NCBI RefSeq assembly: GCF_006345805.1 | Contig: NC_042998.1 | Coordinates: forward strand, 206,336,001 to 206,400,000 | Length of the DNA stretch: 64,000 nt | Direction of reading: 5' to 3' | Origin: Octopus sinensis | Taxonomy: Eukaryota | Shown here: positions 13,411-24,881 of the stretch, piece by piece | Numbering within the stretch: the stretch's first letter is position 1 | Layout: each line of letters begins with the position of its first letter | The notes under the pieces: generated by a model | The model's database searches: none | What the model saw: only the letters and a program-made list of their open reading frames with translations | What the model was told of the DNA's origin: nothing | Made by a program: the position numbers and the translations under genes

Positions 13411-13960
13411 ATCTATGCTCTACAATTTTAGGGGTTAGAAAAATATGGTGCCTTTGTCACATAATTTTAGCAGCAGAAACATACACAGCTTCTATGCTAT
13501 ACAATATTACAGAATAGAAGAAACGGAGCCTTTATGCCAACAATTTTTAGTCAGGGGTAAAAATACAGAGCCCCTATATTCTACAATATTAGGGAGTAAA
13601 TACAATGCAGGGTCACTATGTCATGCAATTTTAGTGGAGCCTCTATAATCAACAATTCTAGGTGTTAGAAAAATAGAGCTTTCTGCTCTACAAGTTTAGG
13701 GAGTAAAAAAACAATGTCTATGTCACAGTTTTCAGTATAAAAATGTGGTTATGCCATATGATGTTAGGGGCAGAAAAAAACCCCCAAAACAGCCTTTATG
13801 TTTATAATTTTAGAGGCTAGAAAAATTAGGGCTTTCATACCTACAATTTTAGTCAGTAAAAAAGAAAAATTGAGCCTTTATGTTTTACAATGTAACAAAA
13901 TATAAAAAATATAAAATTGTGCTCTACATCTTTAAGGGTTTATAAAAATGCTACTGCCCT
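13411..13960. repeat. Highly degenerate minisatellite, unit about 38-42 bp, about 14 units
   Basis: Recurrent CTCTACAATTTTAGGGG.TAGAAAAA..GAGCCTTTATG pattern. Confidence 0.75.
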
Positions 13961-14247
13961 TTTTTCTACATATGCCATCAAAGAATGTCATCTCCAGGAG
14001 GTGGGTTTATAGCCATGCAGTCGGCAGGGTCTCTCCAGATATCATATGAGAGAATAATGACAGATAATAACAATTGTGCAAAGGGGGTGGTTTTAAAGAC
14101 TTGGGTCATGGGAGGAGGATCCCACTATGTACCACTTGATAACAATAACAAGGAAATGTGGGCCACGGGGTGAGGGTCGAATCAGATATCATCTTTCTAT
14201 ATCTATAATAGCCAACTTCAGTGTTGGTTGGTTGGTTTCTCCTGCCA

Positions 14248-14481
14248 CAAGGTGGCGAGCTGGCAGAATCGTTAGCACGCCAGGTGAAATGCTTTGTGGT
14301 ATTTCGTCCACCGCTGCGTTCTGAGTTCAAATTCCACCAAGGTCGACTTTGCCTTTCATCCTTTCGGGGTCGATAAATTAAGTACCAGTTACTCACTGGG
14401 GTCGATGTAATCGACTTAATACCTATGTCTGTCCTTGTTTGTCTCCTCTATGTTTAGCCCCTTGTGGGTAATAAAGAAATA
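14248..14481 (+). mobile_element. SINE family C with 14-bp TSD
   Basis: TSD GGTTTCTCCTGCCA at 14234-14247 and 14482-14495. Confidence 0.9.
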
Positions 14482-14751
14482 GGTTTCTCCTGCCATTCTT
14501 TGCATCATATAGAGAAGGAGGGAGTTGAAGAAAGACAGAAGGAGTTATTATAAGGGGCTGAAGTCGATAGAGGAACACTGAAACTGGGAAAAGTTATGTC
14601 GTCGATAGATACTAAATACACATTTACACATGAACACAAACAAACAAACACACACAGAGCTTTAGTTGAAGTAGGATAAACTTGGTAGGAGGACACAGAG
14701 AAGCTGTAGATATACATAACCATGTGTGTAGGTACATTTAAGTATATACAA

Positions 14752-14926
14752 TAGGCGCAGGAGTGGCTGTGTGGTAAGTAGCTTGCTTACCAACCACATG
14801 GTTCCGGGTTCAGTCCCACTGCGTGGCATCTTGGGCAAGTGTCTTCTGCTATAGCCCCGGGCCGACCAATGCCTTGTGAGTGGATTTGGTAGATGCAAAC
14901 TGAAAGAAGCCTGTCGTATATATGTA

Positions 14927-14957
<31 letters not shown>

Positions 14958-15528
14958 TTGTCCCCCTAGCATTGCTTGACAACCGATGCTGGTGTGTTTA
15001 TGTCCCCGTCACTTAGTGGTTCGGCAAAAGAAACCGATAGAATAAGTACTGGGCTTACAAAGAACAAGTCCTGGGGTCGATTTGCTTGACTAAAGGCAGT
15101 GCTCCAGCATGGCCGCAGTCAAATGACTGAAACAAGTAAAAGAGTAAATATTATCAATAGGCGCAGGAGTGGCTGTGTAGTATGTAGCTTGCTTACCAAC
15201 TGCATGGTTCCGAGTTCAGTCCCACTTAGTGGCACCTCGAATGTCTTCTACTATAACCTCAGGCCGACCAAAGCCTTGTGAGTGGACTTGGTAGACGAAA
15301 ACTGAAAGAAGCCTGTCGTATATGTGTGTATATGTTTGTGTGTCTGTGTTTGTTCCCCCACCCATCATTGTTAGACAACCGATGTTGGTGTGTTCATGTC
15401 CCCGTAACTTAGCAGTTCGGCAAAAGAGAACGATAGAATAAGTACTAGGCTTACAAAGAATAAGTCCTGGGGGTTGATTTGTTTAACTAAAGGCAGTTTA
15501 ACAAATGACAAAAACAGATAAAAGAATA
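14752..15528 (+). mobile_element. Two head-to-tail SINE family A copies (14752-15145, 15157-15528)
   Basis: Both start TAGGCGCAGGAGTGGCTGTG. Confidence 0.88.
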
Positions 15529-15943
15529 AGTATATATAACACTATTTCTATGTGTATACATATGTATCAGATTGGAGCCTGGTGCAGCCTTCTGGCTTGC
15601 CAGCCCTCAGTCAAACCATCCAACCCATGCCAGCATGGAAAGCAGACGTTAAACAACAACAATGATGATATGCTAAAATAATAATTATATATACACATTA
15701 TATAATTATATAAAACCCTGCTCCAACATGTTGTAAAAATATGCCAAAAGACGTTATAAACCACCCCTAGCTCCTGCAGAAAATGGTGTATTCTTACAAG
15801 ATGGAGCAGGGTTTTTTTCTGTTCCCTTATATAATGTATATATATAATTATTATTTTAGTATAATTTAACCACAAGGTTTTGTAGTGTGTTGGCCACTTG
15901 ATATTATCACTTACATGATTTTATCCTTGTTTATATAAATATA

Positions 15944-16232
15944 TATCACCCTGATGTTGTTACACATCGCTGGTCACAATGCACTTTGCATTGTTTTAGC
16001 CTTCAAATGACACCACCCCGCTGGCTAAGCAAGCAGGCTAATAGAAGAAAGAGTGAGAGAAAGTTGTAGTGAAAGAGTACAGCAGGGATCGCCACCCACC
16101 CCCCCTGCCGGAGCCTCGTGGAGCTTTAGGTGTTTTCTCTCAATAAACACTCACAACGCCCGGTCTGGGAATCGAAACCGCAATCCTACAACCACGAGTC
16201 TGCTGCCCTAACCACTGGGCCATTGCACCTCC
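15944..16232 (-). mobile_element. tRNA-derived SINE with family E head and a different tail
   Basis: Minus strand GGAGGTGCAATGGCCCAGTGGTTAGGG..GGTTTCGATTCCCAGACC. Confidence 0.78.
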
Positions 16233-16240
16233 ACATATAA

Positions 16241-16284
<44 letters not shown>

Positions 16285-17056
16285 ATAGTAACATTAACAA
16301 TGAGTGTTTAGTAATGATGGCAAAAGTATACTGCCCAAGTTACCTATTATGTGATAAGTAGCACTAGTATGATATATGGCAGATGGTGTAGAGGTGATAG
16401 CTTTATAGAGATTGTGGGTCACAGGATCTCAGTCGATATCACACAGATACCATTATGACAGATGCAATAACGATGGCGTATTCTCTGATACATTTCTGTT
16501 CCGGCATTTGTCACTCCACAACAACATCTTTACAGCACTTTCACTATTAAAGGTCACAGAGCTGATGGCTTCCAACACTTTGGAACAATGAAGGCAGCAT
16601 ATTAGTTCTTATTTATTGTTGTTCTTGTGAATCTAAGACCAAACACGATGCTTTCTTTGTTAGTAAATTACTTCTCTTGTATGACATACATAATGACAAG
16701 TTCTATGTTAAAGAGATATTGTATTTGAGAAAAAAAAAAAAAATGTTTTTAAAGAAATGTACAAAGAAATTGTTGTTAGTCTAAGAATTCTTTGGAAAAA
16801 AAAAACCCAAATTAATGTTGCATTTTTTTTTTTTTGGGGTACTATCAATAAACTGAATAAAGAAAGAATCAAAGTGATATCATTATGAGTCCTAAAAATA
16901 TGGTGAATACAATTGAGGAAGAAGTAAGATCCCTACAAGGCCATAACTGCAATAGGGTTTCAATCCAGGTTGAAGCCATCAATGTTTTAACATCTACTTT
17001 CCATTGATTGACATGGATCAGAGAGAGTTGAGACAGATTTTCTACAGATCGATGCC

Positions 17057-17536
17057 TTAACCCTTTCATTATCAACCCGGCTGAAACTTCCTCTGGCTCT
17101 GAGTACAAATGTCTAGTTTTCATAAGTTTTGAATTGAAATCTTCCACCAAACCTTAGTCACAATTTATGTTCCTAACACTAGCTTGATGGTAAATAAGTT
17201 ATTTTATTAAATTCTTTGTTATATTTGAAATTAATTGAAAGAAACAGAGCATCTCAACAGAAATATGGTAACAAAAGGGTTAAAATATATAATAGAGAAA
17301 CAATTCTTAACCTTTTTGATACCAACCCAGCTGAAACTGCCCCTGGCTCTGTAATAGAAATGTCTTGTTTTCATAAGTTCTGAATTAAAATCTTCCACCA
17401 AACCTTAGTCACAATTTATGTTCCTCACACTAGTTTAATGATAACTAAGTTATTTCACTAAATATTTTGTTATATTTAAAATCAATTGAAAGAAACACAG
17501 AGCATCTCAACAGAAATATGGTAACAAAAGGGTTAA
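17057..17536. mobile_element. Dimer of the same piggyBac-type MITE with the same 23-bp spacer
   Basis: Units 17061-17279 and 17311-17532, TTAA at 17057, 17280, 17307 and 17533; spacer AATATATAATAGAGAAACAATTC at 17284-17306. Confidence 0.93.
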
Positions 17537-18350
17537 AGGAATACTGTGCTTGTTGAGGTTTGCACACCCTCACAATGCAAGAGGGGCAAGTAGGATTTCA
17601 GCAACAATGGTAATGACATTGATTATGAAGGTTGCTTAAGACCAGAAATCCATACTGAAAATTCTAGCACCACCAATATTTTACTAGTGCTTGTTTTTAT
17701 TTACCCTGGAAGGATGAAAGATGAAGTCAGTAGGATTTGAACTCACAATATAAAAGAGACATGACTAAACACTGCAAAGAGTTTTTGTTTGATGCAGAAC
17801 CCACTCTGACAACCCACTGCCTATTTTATCTGATGCTCCACAGGCTCTAAGAATCCATTGCCATTTCACTGACTTGCATGTGACACATTGTTTTTCAAAG
17901 CTACATGAGGTCAACGCCCTTTACAAGATTACTGTGGTCACTGAGGTTTACACACCTTCATCCAGCTTCAAAATGCAAGAAAGACCATGAAGGTTTTGCT
18001 TGGGATACTTAACCATAAGTACAGACATAGAAGTGTGGTAAGAAGTTTGCTTCTCAACCACATGATTTTGGATTCAGTGCCACTGTGTGGCAACTTGGGC
18101 AAGCGTCTCCTACTGTGGCCCCAAGCTGACCAAAATGACTTGTAACTGTAATTCAAAAGGGGACAACCTTATTAAATTCTGGGTGCCATACTGAACCTCC
18201 CTGAGAACTACATTAAGTATATACATGTCTGTGGAGTACTCGGCCATTTGCACATTAATTTCATGTGCAGGCTGTTCCATTGATTGGATCAAGTGGAACC
18301 CTTGTCACTGTAACCAGTACCAAATGAAATGCAGTGATGTGTCATTTTAT

Positions 18351-18590
18351 ATCATTTACATTTGACGGATATTTGTCCTCATCTTGTTTGTTGTTAACAC
18401 AACGTTTCAGCTGATATACCCTCCAGCCTTCTTCAGGTGTCTCAGGGAAATTTTGAACCTGGATTCTCATTCCGAAGGTATTTTTTGATGTTATTATCAT
18501 TATTATTATTATTATTCAGGTCACTGCCTGGAATTGAACTTGGAATCTTGGGGTTAGTATCCTGTGCCCTTAACCACTACGCCATATGCC
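18351..18590 (-). mobile_element. SINE family D copy
   Basis: Minus strand GGCATATGGCGTAGTGGTTAAG...AGTTCAATTCC, (AAT)n linker, hammerhead tail ending TGTAAATGAT. Confidence 0.85.
18396..18441 (-). ncRNA. Minimal type-I hammerhead ribozyme motif in SINE D (best-paired copy)
   Basis: Minus strand GACAC-CTGAAGA-A-GGCTG(gagggtatat)CAGCT-GAA-ACGT-T-GTGTT; stem I is 5 bp with one G-U pair, stem II closes with G-U. Confidence 0.78.
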
Positions 18591-18594
18591 AATG

Positions 18595-18655
18595 GGCATA
18601 TGGTGTAGTGGTTAAGAATGAGAACTCAGGTTCAAATTTTCCCCAAGACACCTGA
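18595..18655 (+). mobile_element. Inverted, internally deleted SINE D fragment head-to-head with the 18351-18590 copy
   Basis: 22-nt head GGCATATGGTGTAGTGGTTAAG fused directly to tail AATGAGAAC...GACACCTGA. Confidence 0.8.
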
Positions 18656-19604
18656 TTAAAAACTGTCTTGTACTGAATATGTAAATTTGTGAACTTGAAA
18701 TATTCAATAATAAAAGGATGTTCAAGAAGTGAATTTTCCTGAAAACTTCAATTTATAAAAAATCCCACTTGCTTAGTAAATATTTCTTTCAGTAATTCAT
18801 TGTAGTTGTAATATATCTCTAAACAAACTTCAAAATAACCCAACTATGTTTAGCTTGCTAGAAATAGCAGCAATCACATAGTTATTTATTGCAAGACTTA
18901 TAGCATTCCAAACAAAATCAACAAAATCACTTACTTTTAAAAAACAAATTATACCGGTATATTAAAAAATTTTCTTTAATTTTTGCATTTTATCAAAAAT
19001 ATTAATTTAACAAACCACCAAAGTGGCCTTCATGCCGGTGGAACGTAAAAGCACCCACTACACTCTTGGAGCGGTTAGCGTTAGGAAGGGCATCCAGCTG
19101 TAGAAACTCTGCCAGATCAGATTGGAGTCTGGTTTGCCAGACCTCAGTCAAATCGTCCAACCCATGCTAGCATGGAAAGCGAACGTTAAACGATGATGAT
19201 GGTTAATTTAACAAACTCTGGAAACTGATATTATTCTCAAAATTGTGCCTCGTATCATAAGCCCCAAAGTTACAGCTATTTTGTTGAATAGCATTCATTT
19301 ATTCAATAAATAATTCTTTTACATTATGTATATAGAACAACCTGTGGGTTTTGCAAATAGTGAATTAAAACTTGAAAAGAAAACATTGACATGAATATAT
19401 ATTAAATTATCATAAATGAAAATAGAGGCGAGAGAGAGTGAGAGACTGTTGCACAAAAAAAATGAAAAGAAAAGAAAATTTTGCCTGCAACGAATTAATA
19501 TTGGTTTTAAACATTAAAATCTACTCCACAGTAAATGCAACAAATATTTAAATTTGTGAAAAACTTGTAGTTCAATTATTCAATAAACTTCAGAAATCGG
19601 AATT

Positions 19605-20010
19605 ATAGGCGCAGGAGTGGCTGTGTGGTACGTAGCTTGTTTACCAACCACATGGTTCCGGGTTCAATCCCACTGCGTGGCACCTTGGGCAAGTGTCTTC
19701 TACTATAGCCTTGGGCCGACCAAAGCCTTGCGAGTGGATTTGGTAGACGGAAACTGAAAGAAGCCCGTCGTATATATGTATATATATATATATATGCGTG
19801 TGTGTGTTTGTGTGTCTGTGTTTGTCCCCTTAGCATTGCTTGACAACCATGCTGGTGTGTTTATGTCCCCGTTACTTAGCGGTTTGGCAAAAGAGACCGA
19901 TAGAATAAGTACTGGGCTTACAAAAGAATAAGTCCCGGGGTCGAGTTGCTCGATTAAAGGCGGCGCTCCAGCACGGCCGCAATCAAATGACTGAAACAAG
20001 TAAAAGAGTA
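19605..20010 (+). mobile_element. SINE family A
   Basis: Full-length copy ending GTAAAAGAGTA. Confidence 0.9.
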
Positions 20011-20974
20011 TCGGAAATTTCTCGGAACATGAATTTATGAAAAAATTTCCTGACAGTCAAGTCTTTAATAATTGCTTTCTTTCAGTAACTCTTTCATAAC
20101 TAATTAATAAGCTGCTTTCTCTATTATAATATATATTATTATTACTATTATTTACATGGCAACCCGACGACCGACCATAAACAAAATATTGCAGCTACTT
20201 AGCCCCCTGCTGTTGCTTAATTTGGTACCATATTTGCATGACAACCACTCCTACCAATGTCACCACTGGGATGTGTTTGTGACAAATTCCTTGGCAAGTG
20301 TTTCAGTTAATTACCTCCAGGTTTCACTTGAGATGTTTTAGAGTAAACATTTCTACAAGAATGGGGAAAGGACATTGGCAATAAAGGCTTTCAGATGTCT
20401 CAACTATAAAACCCCACCAAAATACAGCAAAGGCTGACTATTAATAATGGCAGTTATGGCATTGGTACCACAACCAAGAGTTGTGAGGATTATTCTAGAG
20501 GAATACAAGAACAGATGAATAAAGGGTTACAAACGGAAGTCTGTTCTCTCTTTTTTTTAAAAATTTAATTTGGTTTTCTGTTTTAAGAAATCAAGGGAAA
20601 AAATTAGAAAACAGTTCAAAAGCTAACAACCAAATTGAAAACAAAAATAAATAAACCAATTTCTTAAAGATGAAGTTGTTGAAGAATTTGGTTGGATTTT
20701 AATCTTTTACTTATGGAACTAATATGAAATTGGTTCTATTTATATTCGTGAAATTTTTCAGGATACATGAGAATATATAAAAATAATAATATTGGTAAAT
20801 AAAATGATTTTGTCTAGAACTGACTTTATTTAGGGAAATTTCTAACACTTATCACATGTTAGATTCTCAGTGGAAAAAAAGATTATAAATGTCTATATGA
20901 ATGTATAATGTATGAGTGTATACATAAGTATGTATATATGTAGGTGTGTGTTTATGTATAAGTAACTGTAATTT

Positions 20975-21345
20975 TTTACTTGTTTCAGTCATTAGACTGT
21001 GGCCATGCTGGGGCACTGCCTTCAAGAGATTTTAGTCGAATGAATCAATCCTGGGACTTATTTCCCTTTTAAAGCCTGGCATTTATTTTATTGGTCGCTT
21101 TTTACTGAACTGTTAAGTTACAGGGGCATAAACAAACCAACAGTGGTTGTCAAACAGTGGCGATAAAGACACACACGCAAACCCACACAAGACAGGCTTC
21201 TTCCAGTTTCCATCTACCAACTCCACTCAAAAGGCTTTGGTCGGCTCAAGGTTATAGTTGAAGACACTTGCCCAAGGTGCCATACAGTGGGACTGAACCC
21301 AGAACCATGTGGTTGGGAAACAAGCTTCTTATCATACAACCACTC
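20975..21345 (-). mobile_element. SINE family A, older diverged variant
   Basis: Diverged similarity to family A. Confidence 0.75.
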
Positions 21346-22289
21346 AAACATTCCCTAACATAACCAAATGTCTGTGTCCACTCACCCTATCCAATCTTGG
21401 GTTCCATTTCACATATATATGTCTCCCTCTAATTTGAATGTATGTTCCCATCACATCTTCACCCTCTTCTCTACTGCAAGACCCCTATTCCTGTCCCTCT
21501 ATTCATATTCTAACCTCTCGTCACCTGGCACAAGGCCACCACCCTCAATAATGCTGCTACCCCACCCGGTTGAAGGGCCTTTAAGTTATTCGGTGACCTT
21601 ACTGTTGCTGGTGCCTCATAAAAAGCACCCAGTCCACTCTCTAAAGTGGTTGGCATTAGGAATGGCATCCAGCTGTAGAAACCACGCCAAAGTAGACAGC
21701 AGAGCTTGGTGTGGTCTTCTGGATTGTCAGCCCCTGAGAAACCATCAAACCCATGCTAGCATAGGAAATGGAAGTTAAACAATGATGATGACACATGCTC
21801 ACACACACAAACTCCACCAATCCGCACTATCTCTCAACAGAAAAATGGACATGTACACATACCAGATGCATGTGCACATGCAGCAGATACAAACACACAT
21901 GTATATATGCACGCACGCACGCACGCATGCACGCACACAGCAAATACAAATGTACATAACAACTATGAACTGATGTTGCTAATAAACCACATTCCACTTT
22001 CTAGATACAATCACCACCAACATCCGATCCTAGAATGTGGTCCCAGGAATATGGAATAGAATTGATGTTCCTACCAAATCAATTACACCATGTGACCTGC
22101 ATTGATCAACAGTGGCTCAACATCCAGAAGCCATCTTAGATTTGTAATGTTTGGTTTCTAGAAGTCTGATGAGAAAAGGTTCATTCGATGAGCCCACAAA
22201 ACTAAGGCGCAGGGTGCTGAATCAAACGGTTATTAAATTTTATATACATACACACACACACACACACATATATATGAGAGGACTCATCA

Positions 22290-22930
22290 AGCCAAGTGCA
22301 CCCATGCTGGTGGCACATAAAGAACACCTTTTGAGCATTGGGCCTCACAGAAGCATGGTGGCTGAGTTCCTTTCGAGTTTTGGGCCTCAAGGAGGCAATG
22401 ACTGGGACCTTTGGCATCAAGTTGTGCTTGAGAAAAAGACCTATCAAGCCGAGCAAAATTGCAGTCGTGGCAAATACTGGTGTCGCACAAATTGGCACCC
22501 GTGCTGGTGGCACATAAAAGCACGCACTACACTCTCGGAATGGTTGGTGTTAGGGAGGGCATCCAGTTGTAGAAAACCATGTCAAATCAGACTGGAGCCT
22601 GGTGAGGCCTTCTGGCTTGCCAGCCCTGGTCAAACCACCAAACCCATGCCAACATGGACAACAGATGTTAAATGATGATGATATCATCATCGTTTAACGT
22701 CCTCTTTCCATGCTGGCATGGGTTGGACGATTTGGCTGAGGACCGGCAAGCCAGAAGGCCTCACCAGGCTCACTCTGATTTGGCAAAGTTTCTACAGCTG
22801 GATGCCTTCCCTAACACCAACCATTCCGAGAGTGTAGCGCATGCTTTTACATGACACCAGCACGAGGGCCAGTCAGAAGGTACTGGCAACGACCACACTC
22901 AAAGGTTTTTTTACGTGCTACCTTCATGGG
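22290..22930. mobile_element. Two family B copies tail-to-tail (+ 22290-22685, - 22683-22930)
   Basis: (GAT)n and (ATC)n tails meet at about 22670-22695. Confidence 0.8.
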
Positions 22931-23235
22931 AGCCAGTCTGGTGGTTCAGAATTGGGCAAAAGACAGAGGCATTGCAGGTGCAACAAATAAGGTGTATAAG
23001 TTTGACATTCAGGTAAAATGGAGTCTTCTTTGATAGTTTGACTCTAAAGTTTTCTGCAGAAAGAATGTGGAGAGAAAACAGAGAAAAGAAAGGAAAAAAA
23101 ACCCAAAACAAAGAGGTAAACAATACCTGTGTTAACGGTTGCACATGTCAAATTGACATGCACACAGTGTCAAAAGAAATAAGTAAGAAAATAGAAAAAA
23201 AAACCCAGATGACCAGTGGTACGGTTCTATATTTA

Positions 23236-23456
23236 AGTGGTTAAGAGTGTGGGCTACTAACCCCAAGATTCTGAGTTCAATTCCAGGCAGGGACCTGAAC
23301 AATAATAACAACATTGAAAATATCTTAGGTATGAGAACCCAGGTTTGAAATTTCCCCAAGACACCTGATGGAGGCTGGAGGTTATACCAACCGAAACATT
23401 GTGTTAACAACAAACTAGATGAGGACAAATATCTGTCAAATGTAAATAATGTAAAT
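23236..23456 (+). mobile_element. SINE family D copy with mutated hammerhead core
   Basis: Slightly 5'-truncated tRNA head; tail GACAC-CTGATGG-A-GGCTG..CAACC-GAA-ACAT-T-GTGTT. Confidence 0.85.
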
Positions 23457-24079
23457 AGATGACCCGTGGTTTCATTTTTTTCTGCTACTAGAAAAGGTGA
23501 GGTTGTGTGTGTGTGTGTGAGGGAAGGGTGAATATATGAAACAAAAAACAGATTTGTTTACCTTATTTTGTAAATACTCCTTGCTTTCCTTTTTGGCAGT
23601 TATCTGTGAAGGTGAGAAGTTCCTCTTTGATTGTTCCTCAAAAGATTTTATTTGTCCTGGCTGTAGAGAAATGAAAGAAACGCTATTAGACACAAGAGAT
23701 TCGAGATATTCAATCACCAACATCTTTACAGGATGGACTCAAGGCATTTTATTGCACTAGCACCACAAAGGTTGTCTTAACTACAGCAAGATCATGAAAG
23801 GACTTTGTAGAAGTGACTAGGTGCCTTTTATCTTTTACTTGTTTCAGTTATTAGATTGTGGCCATGCTGGGGCACCACCTTGAGGAATTTTAGTGAAATG
23901 ATTTGACCCCAGTATCTATTATTTTTACCTTAAAGCCTGGTACTTATTCCATCGGTCTCTTCTGCAAAAGCACTAAGCTCCAGGTGGGCATTCTGATATG
24001 AAACTATCATTTTCACCCATTTTTAATAGTCTATTAAAATTTTATTGAAATGGTGTCATGTCCGCAAAATCTCAGAATT

Positions 24080-24464
24080 TACTCTTTTACTTGTTTCAGT
24101 CATTTGACTGCGGCCATGCTGGAGCACCGCCTTTAGTCGAGCAAATCGACCCCGGGACTTATTCTTTGTAAGCCCAGTACTTATTCTATCGGTCTCTTTT
24201 GCCGAACCGCTAAGTGACGGGGACGTAAACACACCAGCATCGGTTTTCAAGCAATGCTAGGGGGACAAACACAGACAAACACACATATATATATATATAT
24301 ACGACAAGCTTCTTTCAGTTTCCGTCTACCAAATCTACTCACAAGGCATTGGTCGGCCCGGGGCTATAGTAGAAGACACTTGCCAAGGTGCCATGCAGTG
24401 AGACTGAACCTGGAACCATGTGGTTGGTTAGCAAGCTACTTACCACACAGCCACTCCTGCGCCT
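24080..24464 (-). mobile_element. SINE family A
   Basis: Full-length copy. Confidence 0.9.
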
Positions 24465-24881
24465 TATTTAGTTTTATATCTACTAAAAGTGTGCCAAAAG
24501 CTTAACAACCTATGGCTTGTACTTTTGGAATTAGCTATGTCTGAAAACACCACATATTTAAAAAATTATCAAAAAAAAAAGTTTCCTTTTGAAGAACCTG
24601 AAAAAAATAGATTAACTGCTATATCAATGGTCACTATTAATTTGTGCAATTTGAAGATGATAATCACTTCAGTTTCAAAGATATGATGCCACAAATATGG
24701 CTAATTATTCTTTAGATTAATTAGGCAAGATTTTGACCAATTTGTTGACAATTCAAATTGTCATCTTTCCTAAAATATTCATCCAAATTATACAAATGAG
24801 ACGTCAAAACGTTTCTTTTTTCGATGCTCTTCAAGAAAAAGTACAGTGGAAATTACATGTAAATATTTTCAAAACTTCAGT

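Noticed and set aside
22151-22675. 174-aa ORF (and similar 100-190 aa ORFs such as 53864-54430 and 34714-35196)
   Set aside because: They run through microsatellites and SINE or family B sequence; the same pseudo-peptides recur at other copies.
23536-23760. ORF after a strong acceptor (ICEGEKFLFDCSSKDFICPGC...)
   Set aside because: Cys spacing matches no domain I can name; could be chance.
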